Origin: Halorussus marinus | GTDB taxonomy: Archaea > Halobacteriota > Halobacteria > Halobacteriales > Haladaptataceae | Direction of reading: 5' to 3' | Length of the DNA stretch: 64,000 nt | Assembly: GCF_004765795.1 (NCBI RefSeq) | Contig: NZ_SBIV01000001.1 | Coordinates: forward strand, 310,001 to 374,000 | Part shown: piece after piece, positions 29,553-38,719 of the stretch | Layout of the letters: each line of letters opens with the position of its first letter | Position numbering within the stretch: position 1 is the first letter of the stretch | Notes under the pieces: generated by a model | Databases searched by the model: none | What the model was told of the DNA's origin: nothing | The model's input: the letters and a program-made list of their open reading frames with translations, nothing else | Program-made: the position numbers and the translations under genes

Positions 29553-30983
29553 ATGAGCTCAGACCAAGACCACCTACAAGAGACCAACACCGAGGAGCGC
29601 TTCGAGTTCAAAAAAGAGGAGAGCTCCGCGGTCAAGTCCGGCAAGGGCCTCACCGAGGAGGTCGTGCGGCTGATCAGCGAGGACAAAGACGAGCCCGACT
29701 GGATGCTCGACCGGCGCCTGCGTGCGCTCGAGCACTACCAGAACATGCCGTTGCCCACCGACTGGCCCGGCCAGCCCGACCTCACCCAACTCGACATCGA
29801 AGAGATCGTCCCTTACATCCGCCCCGACGTCGACAAGCGCGAGGGCGCCGACAGCTGGGACGACCTCCCCGAGGACATCCAGGACACCTTCGAAAAACTC
29901 GGCATTCCCGAGGCCGAGCGCAAGGCCCTCTCCGGGGTCGGCGCTCAGTACGAGTCCGAGGTCGTCTACCAGAACATGCAAGAACAGTGGGAGGAGAAAG
30001 GCGTCGTGTTCTGCAACATGGACGAGGCCGTCCGCGAACACGAAGAGTTAGTGAAGGAGTACTTCATGACCTCCTGTGTCCCCCCGTCGGACAACAAGTT
30101 CGCCGCGCTCCACGGCGCCGTCTGGAGTGGCGGCAGTTTCGTCTACGTTCCCGAGGGCGTCACCGTCGAAATGCCCGTCCAGGCGTACTTCCGCATGAAT
30201 TCGGAGGGCATGGGCCAGTTCGAACACACCCTCATCATCGCCGAAGAGGGCAGCGAGGTCCACTACATCGAAGGCTGTAGCGCGCCCAAGTACGGCAGTC
30301 ACAATCTCCACAGCGGCGGCGTCGAGGTCTTCGTGGGCGAGGACGCTCACGTTCAGTACTCGACCGTCCAGAACTGGAGCAAGAACACGTTCAACCTCAA
30401 CACCAAGCGCGCGCTCGTCGAGAAGGGCGGGCGCATGGAGTGGGTGTCCGGAAGCATGGGGTCGAAGGCGACGATGCTGTACCCGTGTTCGGTGCTGAAG
30501 GGCCGAGGCGCGTCGGCGAACCAGATTTCGATCGCGTTCGCAGGCGAAGGCCAGAACATCGACACCGGCGCGAAGGTCTATCACAACGCGCCGCATACGA
30601 ACTCGACGATCGAGTCCAAATCCATCAGCAAGGACGGCGGGCGCACCAACTACCGGGGGCTGGTCCACATCTCGGAGGGGGCCGAACACTCCTCGACGTC
30701 GGTGGAGTGTGACGCTCTGATGTTCGACAACGAGTCGACGTCGGACACGATGCCGTACATGGAGATCGACGAGTCGAAAGTCGACGTAGCCCACGAGGCG
30801 ACGGTGGGGAAGATCGGCGACGAGGACGTCTTCTACCTCCAGTCCCGAGGGCTCGACGACGACGACGCAAAACAGATGATCGTCTCGGGGTTCATCGAAC
30901 CCATCACCGAGGAACTCCCGATCGAGTACGCGGTCGAACTCAATCGGCTCATCGAACTCGAAATGGAGGGGAGCCTCGGATGA
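29553..30983 (+). CDS. sufB: Fe-S cluster assembly protein SufB
   Basis: GVGAQYESE, GQFEHTLII, YIEGCSAP, YSTVQNWS. Confidence 0.96.
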   Translation: MSSDQDHLQETNTEERFEFKKEESSAVKSGKGLTEEVVRLISEDKDEPDWMLDRRLRALEHYQNMPLPTDWPGQPDLTQLDIEEIVPYIRPDVDKREGADSWDDLPEDIQDTFEKLGIPEAERKALSGVGAQYESEVVYQNMQEQWEEKGVVFCNMDEAVREHEELVKEYFMTSCVPPSDNKFAALHGAVWSGGSFVYVPEGVTVEMPVQAYFRMNSEGMGQFEHTLIIAEEGSEVHYIEGCSAPKYGSHNLHSGGVEVFVGEDAHVQYSTVQNWSKNTFNLNTKRALVEKGGRMEWVSGSMGSKATMLYPCSVLKGRGASANQISIAFAGEGQNIDTGAKVYHNAPHTNSTIESKSISKDGGRTNYRGLVHISEGAEHSSTSVECDALMFDNESTSDTMPYMEIDESKVDVAHEATVGKIGDEDVFYLQSRGLDDDDAKQMIVSGFIEPITEELPIEYAVELNRLIELEMEGSLG

Positions 30984-32191
30984 CTGCGACGCAAGTCCAC
31001 GAGACGATCTCGGAGGACACCGTCCGGGAGATCTCCGAGTCGCTGGGCGAGCCCCAGTGGCTCCTCGACGTGCGTCTCGACGCGCTCGACGCGCTCGAAG
31101 ACCTGGAGATGCCCGACGTGATCCGGACGCCGGGCCGCGACTGGACCAACCTCCACGGGCTCGACTACGAGAGTTTCGTCGACCCCCTGAACGCCGCCGA
31201 GGACAAAGACCAGGTCGGTCCCGACGAGGTCGACGTCCTCCCGTTCGCGGACGCGGTCGACGAACACGAACCGCTCCTGAAAGAGCACTTCGGGTCGGTC
31301 ATCGACCCCCAGGAGAACTATCTGACTGCGCTCTCGACCGCGCTGTTCAGCACGGGCACGGTCGTTCACGTCCCGGAGAACGTCGACGCGGAGGACGTGA
31401 CGATCCGGACCACCCAGAACTCCCAGTCGCTGTTCAACTACACGCTGGTGGTCACCGAGCAGTCGAGTTCGGCGACGATCCTCGAACGTCAGGACACCGG
31501 CGAGTCGGCCGACGGCGAGCAGTACTACAGCGGCATCGTCGAGGTCGCCGCGGGCGAGAACAGCCACGTCCAGTACGGCTCGCTCCAGAATCTCGACGAG
31601 GAGACGTACAACTACACGCTCAAGCGCGGTGACGCCGACGACTACGCCACGGTCAACTGGGTCGAGGGCAACCTCGGCTCGCGGCTCACCAAGTCCTCGG
31701 TCGAGACCGAACTCAACGGCGAGGGCTCGGAGACCAAGACGGTCGGGGCCTTCTTCGGGCACAACGACCAGCACTTCGACATCGCGGCCCGCGTGTGGCA
31801 CAAGACGGCCCACACGACCGCCGATCTGGTGACCCGCGGCGTGCTCGACGACGACGCCCGGTCGGTGTACGAGGGCGTCCAGGACGTCGGTCGCGACGCC
31901 TGGGACACCAACTCCTACCAGCGCGAGAACACGCTGATGCTGTCGGACACCAGCGAGGCCGACGCTTCGCCGAAGCTCATCATCAACAACCACGACACCG
32001 AGGCGAGCCACTCGGCGACGGTCGGCCAGATAGACGAGGAAGATCTCTTCTACATGACCTCGCGGGGCGTCGACGACCGGTCCGCGCGGAACATGCTGGT
32101 CGAGGGCTTTTTCGTCCCGGTCCTCGAGGAAGTCGAGGTCGAGGAACTGCGCGAGGACCTCGAAGCGAACGTCGCGGCCCGGCTCCGGTAG
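30980..32191 (+). CDS. sufD: Fe-S cluster assembly protein SufD
   Basis: SufBD fold, ASHSATVGQIDEEDLFYMTSRG; ATGA-coupled to sufB. Confidence 0.93.
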   Translation: MTATQVHETISEDTVREISESLGEPQWLLDVRLDALDALEDLEMPDVIRTPGRDWTNLHGLDYESFVDPLNAAEDKDQVGPDEVDVLPFADAVDEHEPLLKEHFGSVIDPQENYLTALSTALFSTGTVVHVPENVDAEDVTIRTTQNSQSLFNYTLVVTEQSSSATILERQDTGESADGEQYYSGIVEVAAGENSHVQYGSLQNLDEETYNYTLKRGDADDYATVNWVEGNLGSRLTKSSVETELNGEGSETKTVGAFFGHNDQHFDIAARVWHKTAHTTADLVTRGVLDDDARSVYEGVQDVGRDAWDTNSYQRENTLMLSDTSEADASPKLIINNHDTEASHSATVGQIDEEDLFYMTSRGVDDRSARNMLVEGFFVPVLEEVEVEELREDLEANVAARLR

Positions 32192-32323
32192 CCGACGCGG
32201 CCCGCTCTCGACGGTCCGACGCCGTTCGGCCCGAAACCGCCGACAACCACATCTGTTAAGTCCCCGAGAATCCGAGCTATCCACGATGACTGACGTATCG
32301 ACGTTCGAGCGCGGGTGGTCGGC

Positions 32324-32815
32324 GTGAGCGTCGGCAACCGCGTCTCGAACGACCACCAGCTCGCTCGCCTGCTCCAGATCGGCGTGGTTCTGGAGGAAGT
32401 CGTCGAGGTGCGGGCGGCGCGTCACTACGAGACGCTGTCGGCCGACGAGCGCGACGCGGACGTCGAAACCCTGCTGGCCGACGCCCGGGAGGAGTCGGCC
32501 GACCACCGCGAGCGCCTCGAAGCCCTGATCGACCGGCTCGACGCCGATCCGGTGCCCTTAGCGGAGGTCGAGGCGCTGGTCGAGGCCCAGTACGCCCAGA
32601 CGCGACCGGAGGACTTCGACGGCGTCCTCTACGATCAGCTCAACGGCGAGGAGACCGCGTACAAGTTCTACGACGACCTGATCGAAGCGATCGAAGCCAG
32701 CGAGGCCTCGTTCGCGCTCGACCGCGAGGAACTGCTCGCCACGCTGAAGGAGATCCGGGCGGAAGAGGCCGAAGGCGTCGAGGAAGTGACCGAATTTATG
32801 GAGGACCGAGCATGA
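32324..32815 (+). CDS. Ferritin-like (rubrerythrin-type) protein
   Basis: LEEVVE...EESADH...QLNGEETAYKFY...EEAEG di-iron-type pattern; GTG start. Confidence 0.8.
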   Translation: MSVGNRVSNDHQLARLLQIGVVLEEVVEVRAARHYETLSADERDADVETLLADAREESADHRERLEALIDRLDADPVPLAEVEALVEAQYAQTRPEDFDGVLYDQLNGEETAYKFYDDLIEAIEASEASFALDREELLATLKEIRAEEAEGVEEVTEFMEDRA

Positions 32816-33240
32816 ACACGGCAGATCAGTATCTCAAAGCGATCTACCTCGTCCAGCGAATGGAAAACGGCCCGGCGTCGACCGGCGCGCTGGCCGACCG
32901 CCTCGACGTGAGCCCCGCCAGCGTCAACGAGATGATCGGCAAGCTCCAAGATCGCGGGCTCGCCGACCACGAGAAGTACAAAGGCGTCAGCCTCACCGAC
33001 GAGGGGATCGAACACGCCCGCGAGGCGCTCCAGACCTACTGCATCATCGAGCGGTTCCTCCACAACGTCCTCGAAGTCGAGGAGTTCCCGAGCGAGGCCA
33101 AGGCCCTCGAGAGCGTCATCGACGAGACGGTCGCCGAGCGACTCGACACCATCATCGACCGTGAGCCCCAGTGTCCCGACTGCTTCGATCCGAAGGCGGA
33201 CATGTGCGCCGAACTCGTCCCGGAGGGCGAGGCGGACTGA
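32812..33240 (+). CDS. DtxR/MntR-family metal-dependent regulator (short form, CPDC tail)
   Basis: YLKAIY, DVSPASVNEM, KYKGVSLT, IERFL. Confidence 0.9.
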   Translation: MNTADQYLKAIYLVQRMENGPASTGALADRLDVSPASVNEMIGKLQDRGLADHEKYKGVSLTDEGIEHAREALQTYCIIERFLHNVLEVEEFPSEAKALESVIDETVAERLDTIIDREPQCPDCFDPKADMCAELVPEGEAD

Positions 33241-33363
33241 CCGATCGCGGCCGCCGATTGCGATACGTTCAAGTGTTTCTTGGCGCTAGGGTGGACTGCA
33301 GTCCCGTGGTGTCGAGAGAATCGATAGATTCTCGAGGGTCACGGGACGACGAGTGACGCGAGG

Positions 33364-33436
33364 AGTCCCGTGGTGTAGTGGCCAATCATATGGGCCTTTG
33401 GAGCCTATGACGGCGGTTCGAATCCGCCCGGGACTA
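33364..33436 (+). tRNA. tRNA-Gln (TTG)
   Basis: AGTCCCG/CGGGACT acceptor stem, TGGGC-CTTTGGA-GCCTA anticodon arm, GGTTCGAATCC T arm; CCA not encoded. Confidence 0.96.
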
Positions 33437-33762
33437 CTTCTGCTGCGAGTAACACCGCAAGCAGGATATACGTGTATAAGAGCCGTCATTTTCCATCCGG
33501 GACGCCGAACGCCACCGAAGGCTCTCGGAACAGATCGCACGTCGCCGAGACGTCCCGGCCGGACTCCGTAGCGTCGGTGCGAGCGAGACGTCCTCGATCG
33601 ACGCCGCATGGATTTGGTAGACCTCGATTACCCCGATTTCAGCCCGCCGCTATTCGACGGCCAGCCGACCCATAACAAAGCCGCTCGGTCCCGTCGTTTC
33701 GCGTGCATGGTCCTCTCCACAACGTCGCACCGCTTGGCCGACCGGCGTCGGCGCTCGAACGC

Positions 33763-34071
33763 ATGGAGCTGACCCTCCTCGCGGGAGCCGGTGTTCTCGC
33801 GGCGGGGCTCTGTGTCGTCGCCGTCCGGAGGGCCGGCCGACCCCGAACGGTCGTCTGGGCCCGACTGTGCGGGGCGCTGGTCGGGCTGGCGACCCGCGAT
33901 CTGTTCCGACCGCGCCACCGCGGAGGTCCGCGACCGACGCCCCGCGATCGCTCCGCGAATCGCAGTCGGGCGGTCGCCGACGGCGGCGACGGCTCGGGAC
34001 GCTCGGACGACGCGGCCCGGTCGTCGCTGGTCGCCAGACTCCGGCGCCGGGTCGACGGCTGGCTCGGCTGA
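33763..34071 (+). CDS. Hypothetical small membrane protein
   Basis: Two hydrophobic stretches and a VADGG motif; Arg-rich, so uncertain. Confidence 0.4.
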   Translation: MELTLLAGAGVLAAGLCVVAVRRAGRPRTVVWARLCGALVGLATRDLFRPRHRGGPRPTPRDRSANRSRAVADGGDGSGRSDDAARSSLVARLRRRVDGWLG

Positions 34072-34136
34072 GTCGGCCGTCGAAAACGGCTTCCGCCGAC
34101 CCATGAGTTAACTGCCTCCGAACCCTCCGACCGCCC

Positions 34137-34862
34137 ATGACCGAACAGCGCTACCTCCCCGACGAAGACGGCGTGACGGAGTTCGAGGCGACGGTGACCG
34201 AGGCGACCGACGACTACGTGATCCTCGACGGGACCTACTTCTACCCCGAGGGCGGCGGCCAGCCCGCCGATAGGGGTTCGCTGTCGTGGGACGGCGGTCA
34301 CGCGGCGGTCCGAGACGTCCGGAAGAATCACGGCGACGTTCGCCACTACGTCGAGGAGATCGAGGGCGAAGTCCCCGAGTCGGGCGCGACGGTCCGCGGA
34401 GAGATCGACGCCGAGCGCCGGGCGGCCCACCGACGGATGCACACCGCCCAGCACGTCGTCTCGCGGGTAGTTCTCGACGAGTACGGCGGCGAGACCGCGG
34501 GCAACCAGATCCACGCCGACCGGTCGCGGATCGACTTCGAACCCGTCGCGTTCTCCGAGGACGACGTCGAGGCCATCGAGCGGACCGCCAACGAGATCGT
34601 CGCCCGCGACCTCGCCGTGACGAAGGCCGAGCGCCCCCGGGAGGAGGCCGAGCGGCGGGTCGACGACGGCCGGGCGTTGCTCGATCTCATCCCCGACAGC
34701 GTCGACCCGCTTCGGGTGGTCGAGATCGAAGACTACGACTACTGTCCCTGCGGCGGGACCCACGTCGACAGCCTCGGGGAGATCGGCCGGATTCGGATCA
34801 CCGACTGCGAGTCGAAGGGCGCCGACACCGAACGCATCGAGTTCGTGCTGGACGACGCGTAG
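34137..34862 (+). CDS. alaX: Alanyl-tRNA editing protein AlaX
   Basis: FYPEGGGQPAD, HTAQH, CPCGGTHV. Confidence 0.92.
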   Translation: MTEQRYLPDEDGVTEFEATVTEATDDYVILDGTYFYPEGGGQPADRGSLSWDGGHAAVRDVRKNHGDVRHYVEEIEGEVPESGATVRGEIDAERRAAHRRMHTAQHVVSRVVLDEYGGETAGNQIHADRSRIDFEPVAFSEDDVEAIERTANEIVARDLAVTKAERPREEAERRVDDGRALLDLIPDSVDPLRVVEIEDYDYCPCGGTHVDSLGEIGRIRITDCESKGADTERIEFVLDDA

Positions 34863-35132
34863 GGGTCGAGTGTTCGAGCCGCGACTCCGGGATCGAAGGG
34901 CGGCCGAGTCGGATCGCGTCGGACCGGATCAGGCGATCGAAGCGTCCGCGCCCTGACGGGACGGTGACACACCACACGCACAATCGACCCCGAGCGAATC
35001 GCCCGTAAGGGGGCTGAGACGAGGCGGCGCTCGGCGAAGCGCCCGGAATCGCGGCGTCGTAACTCTAAAGAGTCAATCATTCGTTTATACGAGTAAGAAT
35101 GAGTACCGAGCGCAGACAACCGGGGTGGTTCG

Positions 35133-35843
35133 GTGGGCGTTGAAATCAAGGAGTCGCCCGTCACCGACTCGGAGTTCGAGGCGATGCAGGACTTCGTCTA
35201 CGAGTATCTGGCGGCGAGCGTCGAGAACGAAGAGGGCGGCGGTCGGATGCGGTGGTACCCGTGGCACTCCGCGGAGTACCGGTTCAACCACATCCTCAAC
35301 GTGGTCGACCTCACAGAGACCATCGCCGAACAGGAGGGCGCCGACGTGGACGTCGCGCGGGTCGCCGCGCTGTTTCACGACATCGCCAAACTCGACGCCG
35401 ATCAGGACGTCCACGCCGAGGAGGGCGCCCGGATCGCCCGGAAGTACCTCCAGACTCACGGCGACTTCCCCGAATCGTTCATCGAGGCGGTCTGCAAGGC
35501 CGTCGAGAACCACTCCTATCAGGGCGACCTGACCGACCTGCCCAAAGAGACCCAGTGTCTCATCGAGGCCGACCTGCTCGACAAGGTCGGAGCCAACGGG
35601 ACGGCGCTGATGTTGCTCCGGATGGGCTACGAGGCCCGCACCCACATGGACGCCGCCGAGATGGTCGACCGGGTGATGAAGCGGGGCAAGGACGCGGCCG
35701 ATCGCGTCGAGACCGACACCGCCGAGGGCATCGCCCACCGGCGGCTCAAGCGGGTCAAGTGGTTCCGCGAGTGGCTCGAAGGCGAGGTCCCCGAGATGGA
35801 CCACGAGCCCGACTCCTCGCCACGGAGCTACGAGCGGCCGTAG
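35133..35843 (+). CDS. HD-domain phosphohydrolase
   Basis: HILNV...ALFHDIAK...ENHS...EADLLD. Confidence 0.88.
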   Translation: MGVEIKESPVTDSEFEAMQDFVYEYLAASVENEEGGGRMRWYPWHSAEYRFNHILNVVDLTETIAEQEGADVDVARVAALFHDIAKLDADQDVHAEEGARIARKYLQTHGDFPESFIEAVCKAVENHSYQGDLTDLPKETQCLIEADLLDKVGANGTALMLLRMGYEARTHMDAAEMVDRVMKRGKDAADRVETDTAEGIAHRRLKRVKWFREWLEGEVPEMDHEPDSSPRSYERP

Positions 35844-35974
35844 TTCGGGGCGATCGCTCCCGCGCGGCGCGATCTCGCCACGGCTAACGAGCGACCGGGA
35901 GACGTCGCGACCAGCGGCGAGCGAACCGACCGCCGCGCACGTAGCCCGTGCGCCCGCGCCGAGTCGGACGGCGC

Positions 35975-36628
35975 CTACGTCGCGATCCCGACCGCCTCCG
36001 AGAGGAACGAGAGCCCCGCGAGCGCCAGCACCGCGGCGCTCGCGTAGGCGACCACGGGCGCGAGCGCGTCCACCCGACGGCCAGCCGCGACGAGCGCGGC
36101 GGGGAAGCCGGTGATCCAGACCGCGATGCCCGCGAAGAACCCGACGACGATCACCGGGCTCCCGGTCGCGACGGTGAGCCCGCCGAGCGCGTCGGTCGAG
36201 ACGGTCCCGGGATCGAGCAGGCTCACGCCCGCGGTCAGCCACCACAGGATCTGGTAGGGGTTGGTGAGCGCGAGCACGAACGCCTTCTGGAACCCCTTGC
36301 TATCGTCGGCCACGTCCGAGGGGTCGCCCGTGAAGGCGTCGCTGGCGTCGCTGGCCGCGCCGTACGCGAAGTAAAGCATCAGGAGGCCGCCCGCGGCGAA
36401 GAGCGCGCCCTTGACGACCGGCACGTCCCGGACCACCGCGACGACCCCGAGCAGTGCCAGCATCAAAAAGCAGGCGTCGGCGGACATCGCGCCGAGTCCG
36501 GCTCGGAACCCCGAGCGCCACCCGCGAAGGACGCTCTCCTCGGCGATGATCGCGTTCATCGGGCCGGGCGGGGCCGCCAGCGAGAGGCCGAGCGCGACCC
36601 CTGCCAGCGCCGAGACCAGCGGTTGCAC
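35975..36628 (-). CDS. LysE-family translocator
   Basis: LAAPPGPMN, GLGAMSAD, LALTNPYQILWW. Confidence 0.9.
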   Translation of the reverse strand: MQPLVSALAGVALGLSLAAPPGPMNAIIAEESVLRGWRSGFRAGLGAMSADACFLMLALLGVVAVVRDVPVVKGALFAAGGLLMLYFAYGAASDASDAFTGDPSDVADDSKGFQKAFVLALTNPYQILWWLTAGVSLLDPGTVSTDALGGLTVATGSPVIVVGFFAGIAVWITGFPAALVAAGRRVDALAPVVAYASAAVLALAGLSFLSEAVGIAT

Positions 36629-36696
36629 GAGTCACGAGTTGGCCCCCGTCCGTCAAAAGGCCTGCTACACCGGCAGACGCGTCGGCCGAGCCGACC

Positions 36697-37401
36697 TCAG
36701 ACCGCCGCGAGGACCGCGGTCGAGACCCCGCCGACGATCTGCTCCCAGACCGAGAAGCCGGTCACCAGCGCGAGTGCGGTGTCGGCCGCGAAGAACGCGA
36801 ACAGCGCGGCGGCGAAAAAGTGCGCCTTCCGGGCGTCGAACCGACCGGAGAACCGGTGGAAGAAGTAGGCGTTCGCGAGGCTCACCGGGATGATGGCGGC
36901 CATCTCGCCGACCCAGATTGCGGGGGTCGCGCCGAACCGGGCGGCCAGCCCGATCGTCACCAGTTGGGTCTTGTCGCCGAACTCGCCGGCGGCCATCAGC
37001 AGGAAGATCGGGACGAAGCCGCCGAACGACGACGAGAGGTCCCGGCCGAAGACGGTCGGGAGGTCGACGTCGGGCGAGAGCGTCGCGACCCCGCCGTCGG
37101 ATTCGAGCCCGCCGGTGGCGTCGCGGGCGGGCGCCGACCGCCACAGCAGGACCGCGAACGCGAAAAAGAGGACCGCGGTGAACGCATCGAGGACGTTCGG
37201 CGGGAGCGCGTTCTTGAGCGCCTGTCCGAACAGGATCTCTAGCGCGGTCCACCCCGCGAACGCGGCGCCGGCGGCGCTCACGACGACGATCGGCCGGAAC
37301 CGGGTCGAGAGCCCGGCGATGATGAACTGGACTTTCTCGCCGGGCAACACCGCCAACTGGGCGACCGCCGCCACGATCGCGATTTCGAGCCAGCCGGTCA
37401 C
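36697..37401 (-). CDS. TMEM165/GDT1 (UPF0016) cation exporter
   Basis: LPGEKVQ and EFGDKTQ signature motifs; GTGA-coupled to sirR. Confidence 0.88.
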   Translation of the reverse strand: MTGWLEIAIVAAVAQLAVLPGEKVQFIIAGLSTRFRPIVVVSAAGAAFAGWTALEILFGQALKNALPPNVLDAFTAVLFFAFAVLLWRSAPARDATGGLESDGGVATLSPDVDLPTVFGRDLSSSFGGFVPIFLLMAAGEFGDKTQLVTIGLAARFGATPAIWVGEMAAIIPVSLANAYFFHRFSGRFDARKAHFFAAALFAFFAADTALALVTGFSVWEQIVGGVSTAVLAAV

Positions 37402-38120
37402 GCGCCGCCCACCCCGGATTCGGGAGTCGCGGTCTCGGAGTCACCGCTCCGGACTCGGATCGACGCCGCGACCGACTCGGGGAGGCTCTGCTCGCGTCGG
37501 TCGTCGGGGGCGGCCTCGCCGCCGCGGATTCGAACGGTGACCATCCCGAACGGCGCGACGTCGACGACCTCCAGCCGGGTGCCGGGCGCCACGCCCGCCT
37601 CCGAGAGGTATCGGAGCTCCTCGTCGTCGCGGTCGCTCACCCGGGCGACGACGACAGTCTCGCCCTCGCCGTGGTCGCTCAGGGGCGTGGTGTCGTCGTC
37701 CTCGATCGGGGCGAGGTCGGCGTTCGGGATCGGATCGCCGTGCGGGTCGACTTCGGGATCGCCGAGCGCCTCGGCGACCCGGCGCTCGAACTCCTCGCTG
37801 ATGTGGTGTTCGAGCCGGTCGGCCTCGTCGTGGACCTCGCTCCACGCGTAGTCGAGGTGTTCGTTCAGGTACGCCTCCAGCAGTCGGTGGTGGCGCAACA
37901 CCTCCAGCGCGACCGTCTCGCCCTCCGGGGTGAGCTCGACGCCCTTGTACTTCTCGCGCTCGACGAGTTCGCGCTCTTCGAGCTTCTCGACCATGCTCGT
38001 GACCGTGGGCGGGGTCACGTCGAGGTACTCCGCGATGGCGGAGGTGGCCACCGGGTCGCCGTCCTCGGTCTGGAGCGTGTAGATCGCCTTCAGATAGTCC
38101 TCCATCACGTCGCTCAACAT
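37398..38120 (-). CDS. sirR: DtxR-family metal-dependent repressor with FeoA domain (SirR-like)
   Basis: EDYLKAIY, RHHRLLE, VHDEADRLEH, DPHGDPIP, C-terminal FeoA domain. Confidence 0.88.
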   Translation of the reverse strand: MLSDVMEDYLKAIYTLQTEDGDPVATSAIAEYLDVTPPTVTSMVEKLEERELVEREKYKGVELTPEGETVALEVLRHHRLLEAYLNEHLDYAWSEVHDEADRLEHHISEEFERRVAEALGDPEVDPHGDPIPNADLAPIEDDDTTPLSDHGEGETVVVARVSDRDDEELRYLSEAGVAPGTRLEVVDVAPFGMVTVRIRGGEAAPDDRREQSLPESVAASIRVRSGDSETATPESGVGGA

Positions 38121-38134
38121 CTTCGTGGGTCGTA

Positions 38135-38148
38135 TTAGGCTCGTCTAA
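38135..38148. promoter_or_regulatory. DtxR/SirR-type operator TTAGGCTCGTCTAA
   Basis: TTAG-N6-CTAA between the TTTATA box and the sirR start. Confidence 0.7.
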
Positions 38149-38336
38149 AGTATAAATTTGTCTGTCCGTCACTTCGCGTTCGGTGTGGGCGAACTCAGGC
38201 GGTCGGTCGGCCGGGACGACGCCCCGACGGGTCGACCGGTAGCCGGCGACCTGCGAGTCGTGCGATTCGGCGGGCCGGGTCTGTCGGGACCCGTAGACGG
38301 CGTATAACTAACGGTCCGGCCGACGTCGGTGGGGGT

Positions 38337-38504
38337 ATGTCGAAAGCCGACGCGAGTATCGGATGTCCGAACTGCGAGTCGCCCGCCGTCGACGTCTCGG
38401 AGGCAACCGACCGGACGGCGGCGTTCGGCGACGGCCAGCGCCTGAAGGGGACGAGCGTCGACTGTCGCAACTGCGGTGACGAGTTCGAGCTGTACTTTTA
38501 CTGA
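38337..38504 (+). CDS. C(P)xCG-type zinc-finger micro-protein (55 aa)
   Basis: MSKADASIGCPNCES...DCRNCGDEFELYFY; TATAAC box upstream; not in the ORF track. Confidence 0.8.
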   Translation: MSKADASIGCPNCESPAVDVSEATDRTAAFGDGQRLKGTSVDCRNCGDEFELYFY

Positions 38505-38593
38505 CTGTTTCGGTTCGTTCGACCTCGGAACGGACCGCCTGACGCGAGGGTAGACGGCGAATAACGATGTGGAACCCGGGCGTCGGTGAAGCC

Positions 38594-38719
38594 ATGTCCG
38601 ACTCCGAATCGAACGGACGCATCACCGAAAACCGCGACGACGGCCGACTCGAACTCCGGTCGAAGGGCTCGCCCGAGGCGTGGATCCAGTGTGAGAACCC
38701 GGCGATCGTCGAGCGCTAG
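38594..38719 (+). CDS. Micro-protein (41 aa)
   Basis: GGTGA Shine-Dalgarno; MSDSESNGRITENRDDGRLELRSKGSPEAWIQCENPAIVER. Confidence 0.6.
   Translation: MSDSESNGRITENRDDGRLELRSKGSPEAWIQCENPAIVER

Noticed and set aside
33334..33341. GAGGGTCA as an H/ACA guide to 23S helix 69
   Set aside because: It lies on the wrong side of the hairpin, and there is no second guide half or ACA box.
33437..33760. Integrated element downstream of tRNA-Gln
   Set aside because: No duplicated tRNA 3' end (att site) and no integrase in the window.
35099..35143. Short ORF overlapping the HD-gene start
   Set aside because: Its ATG is only about 11 nt from the TTTATA box, so it probably lies upstream of the TSS.
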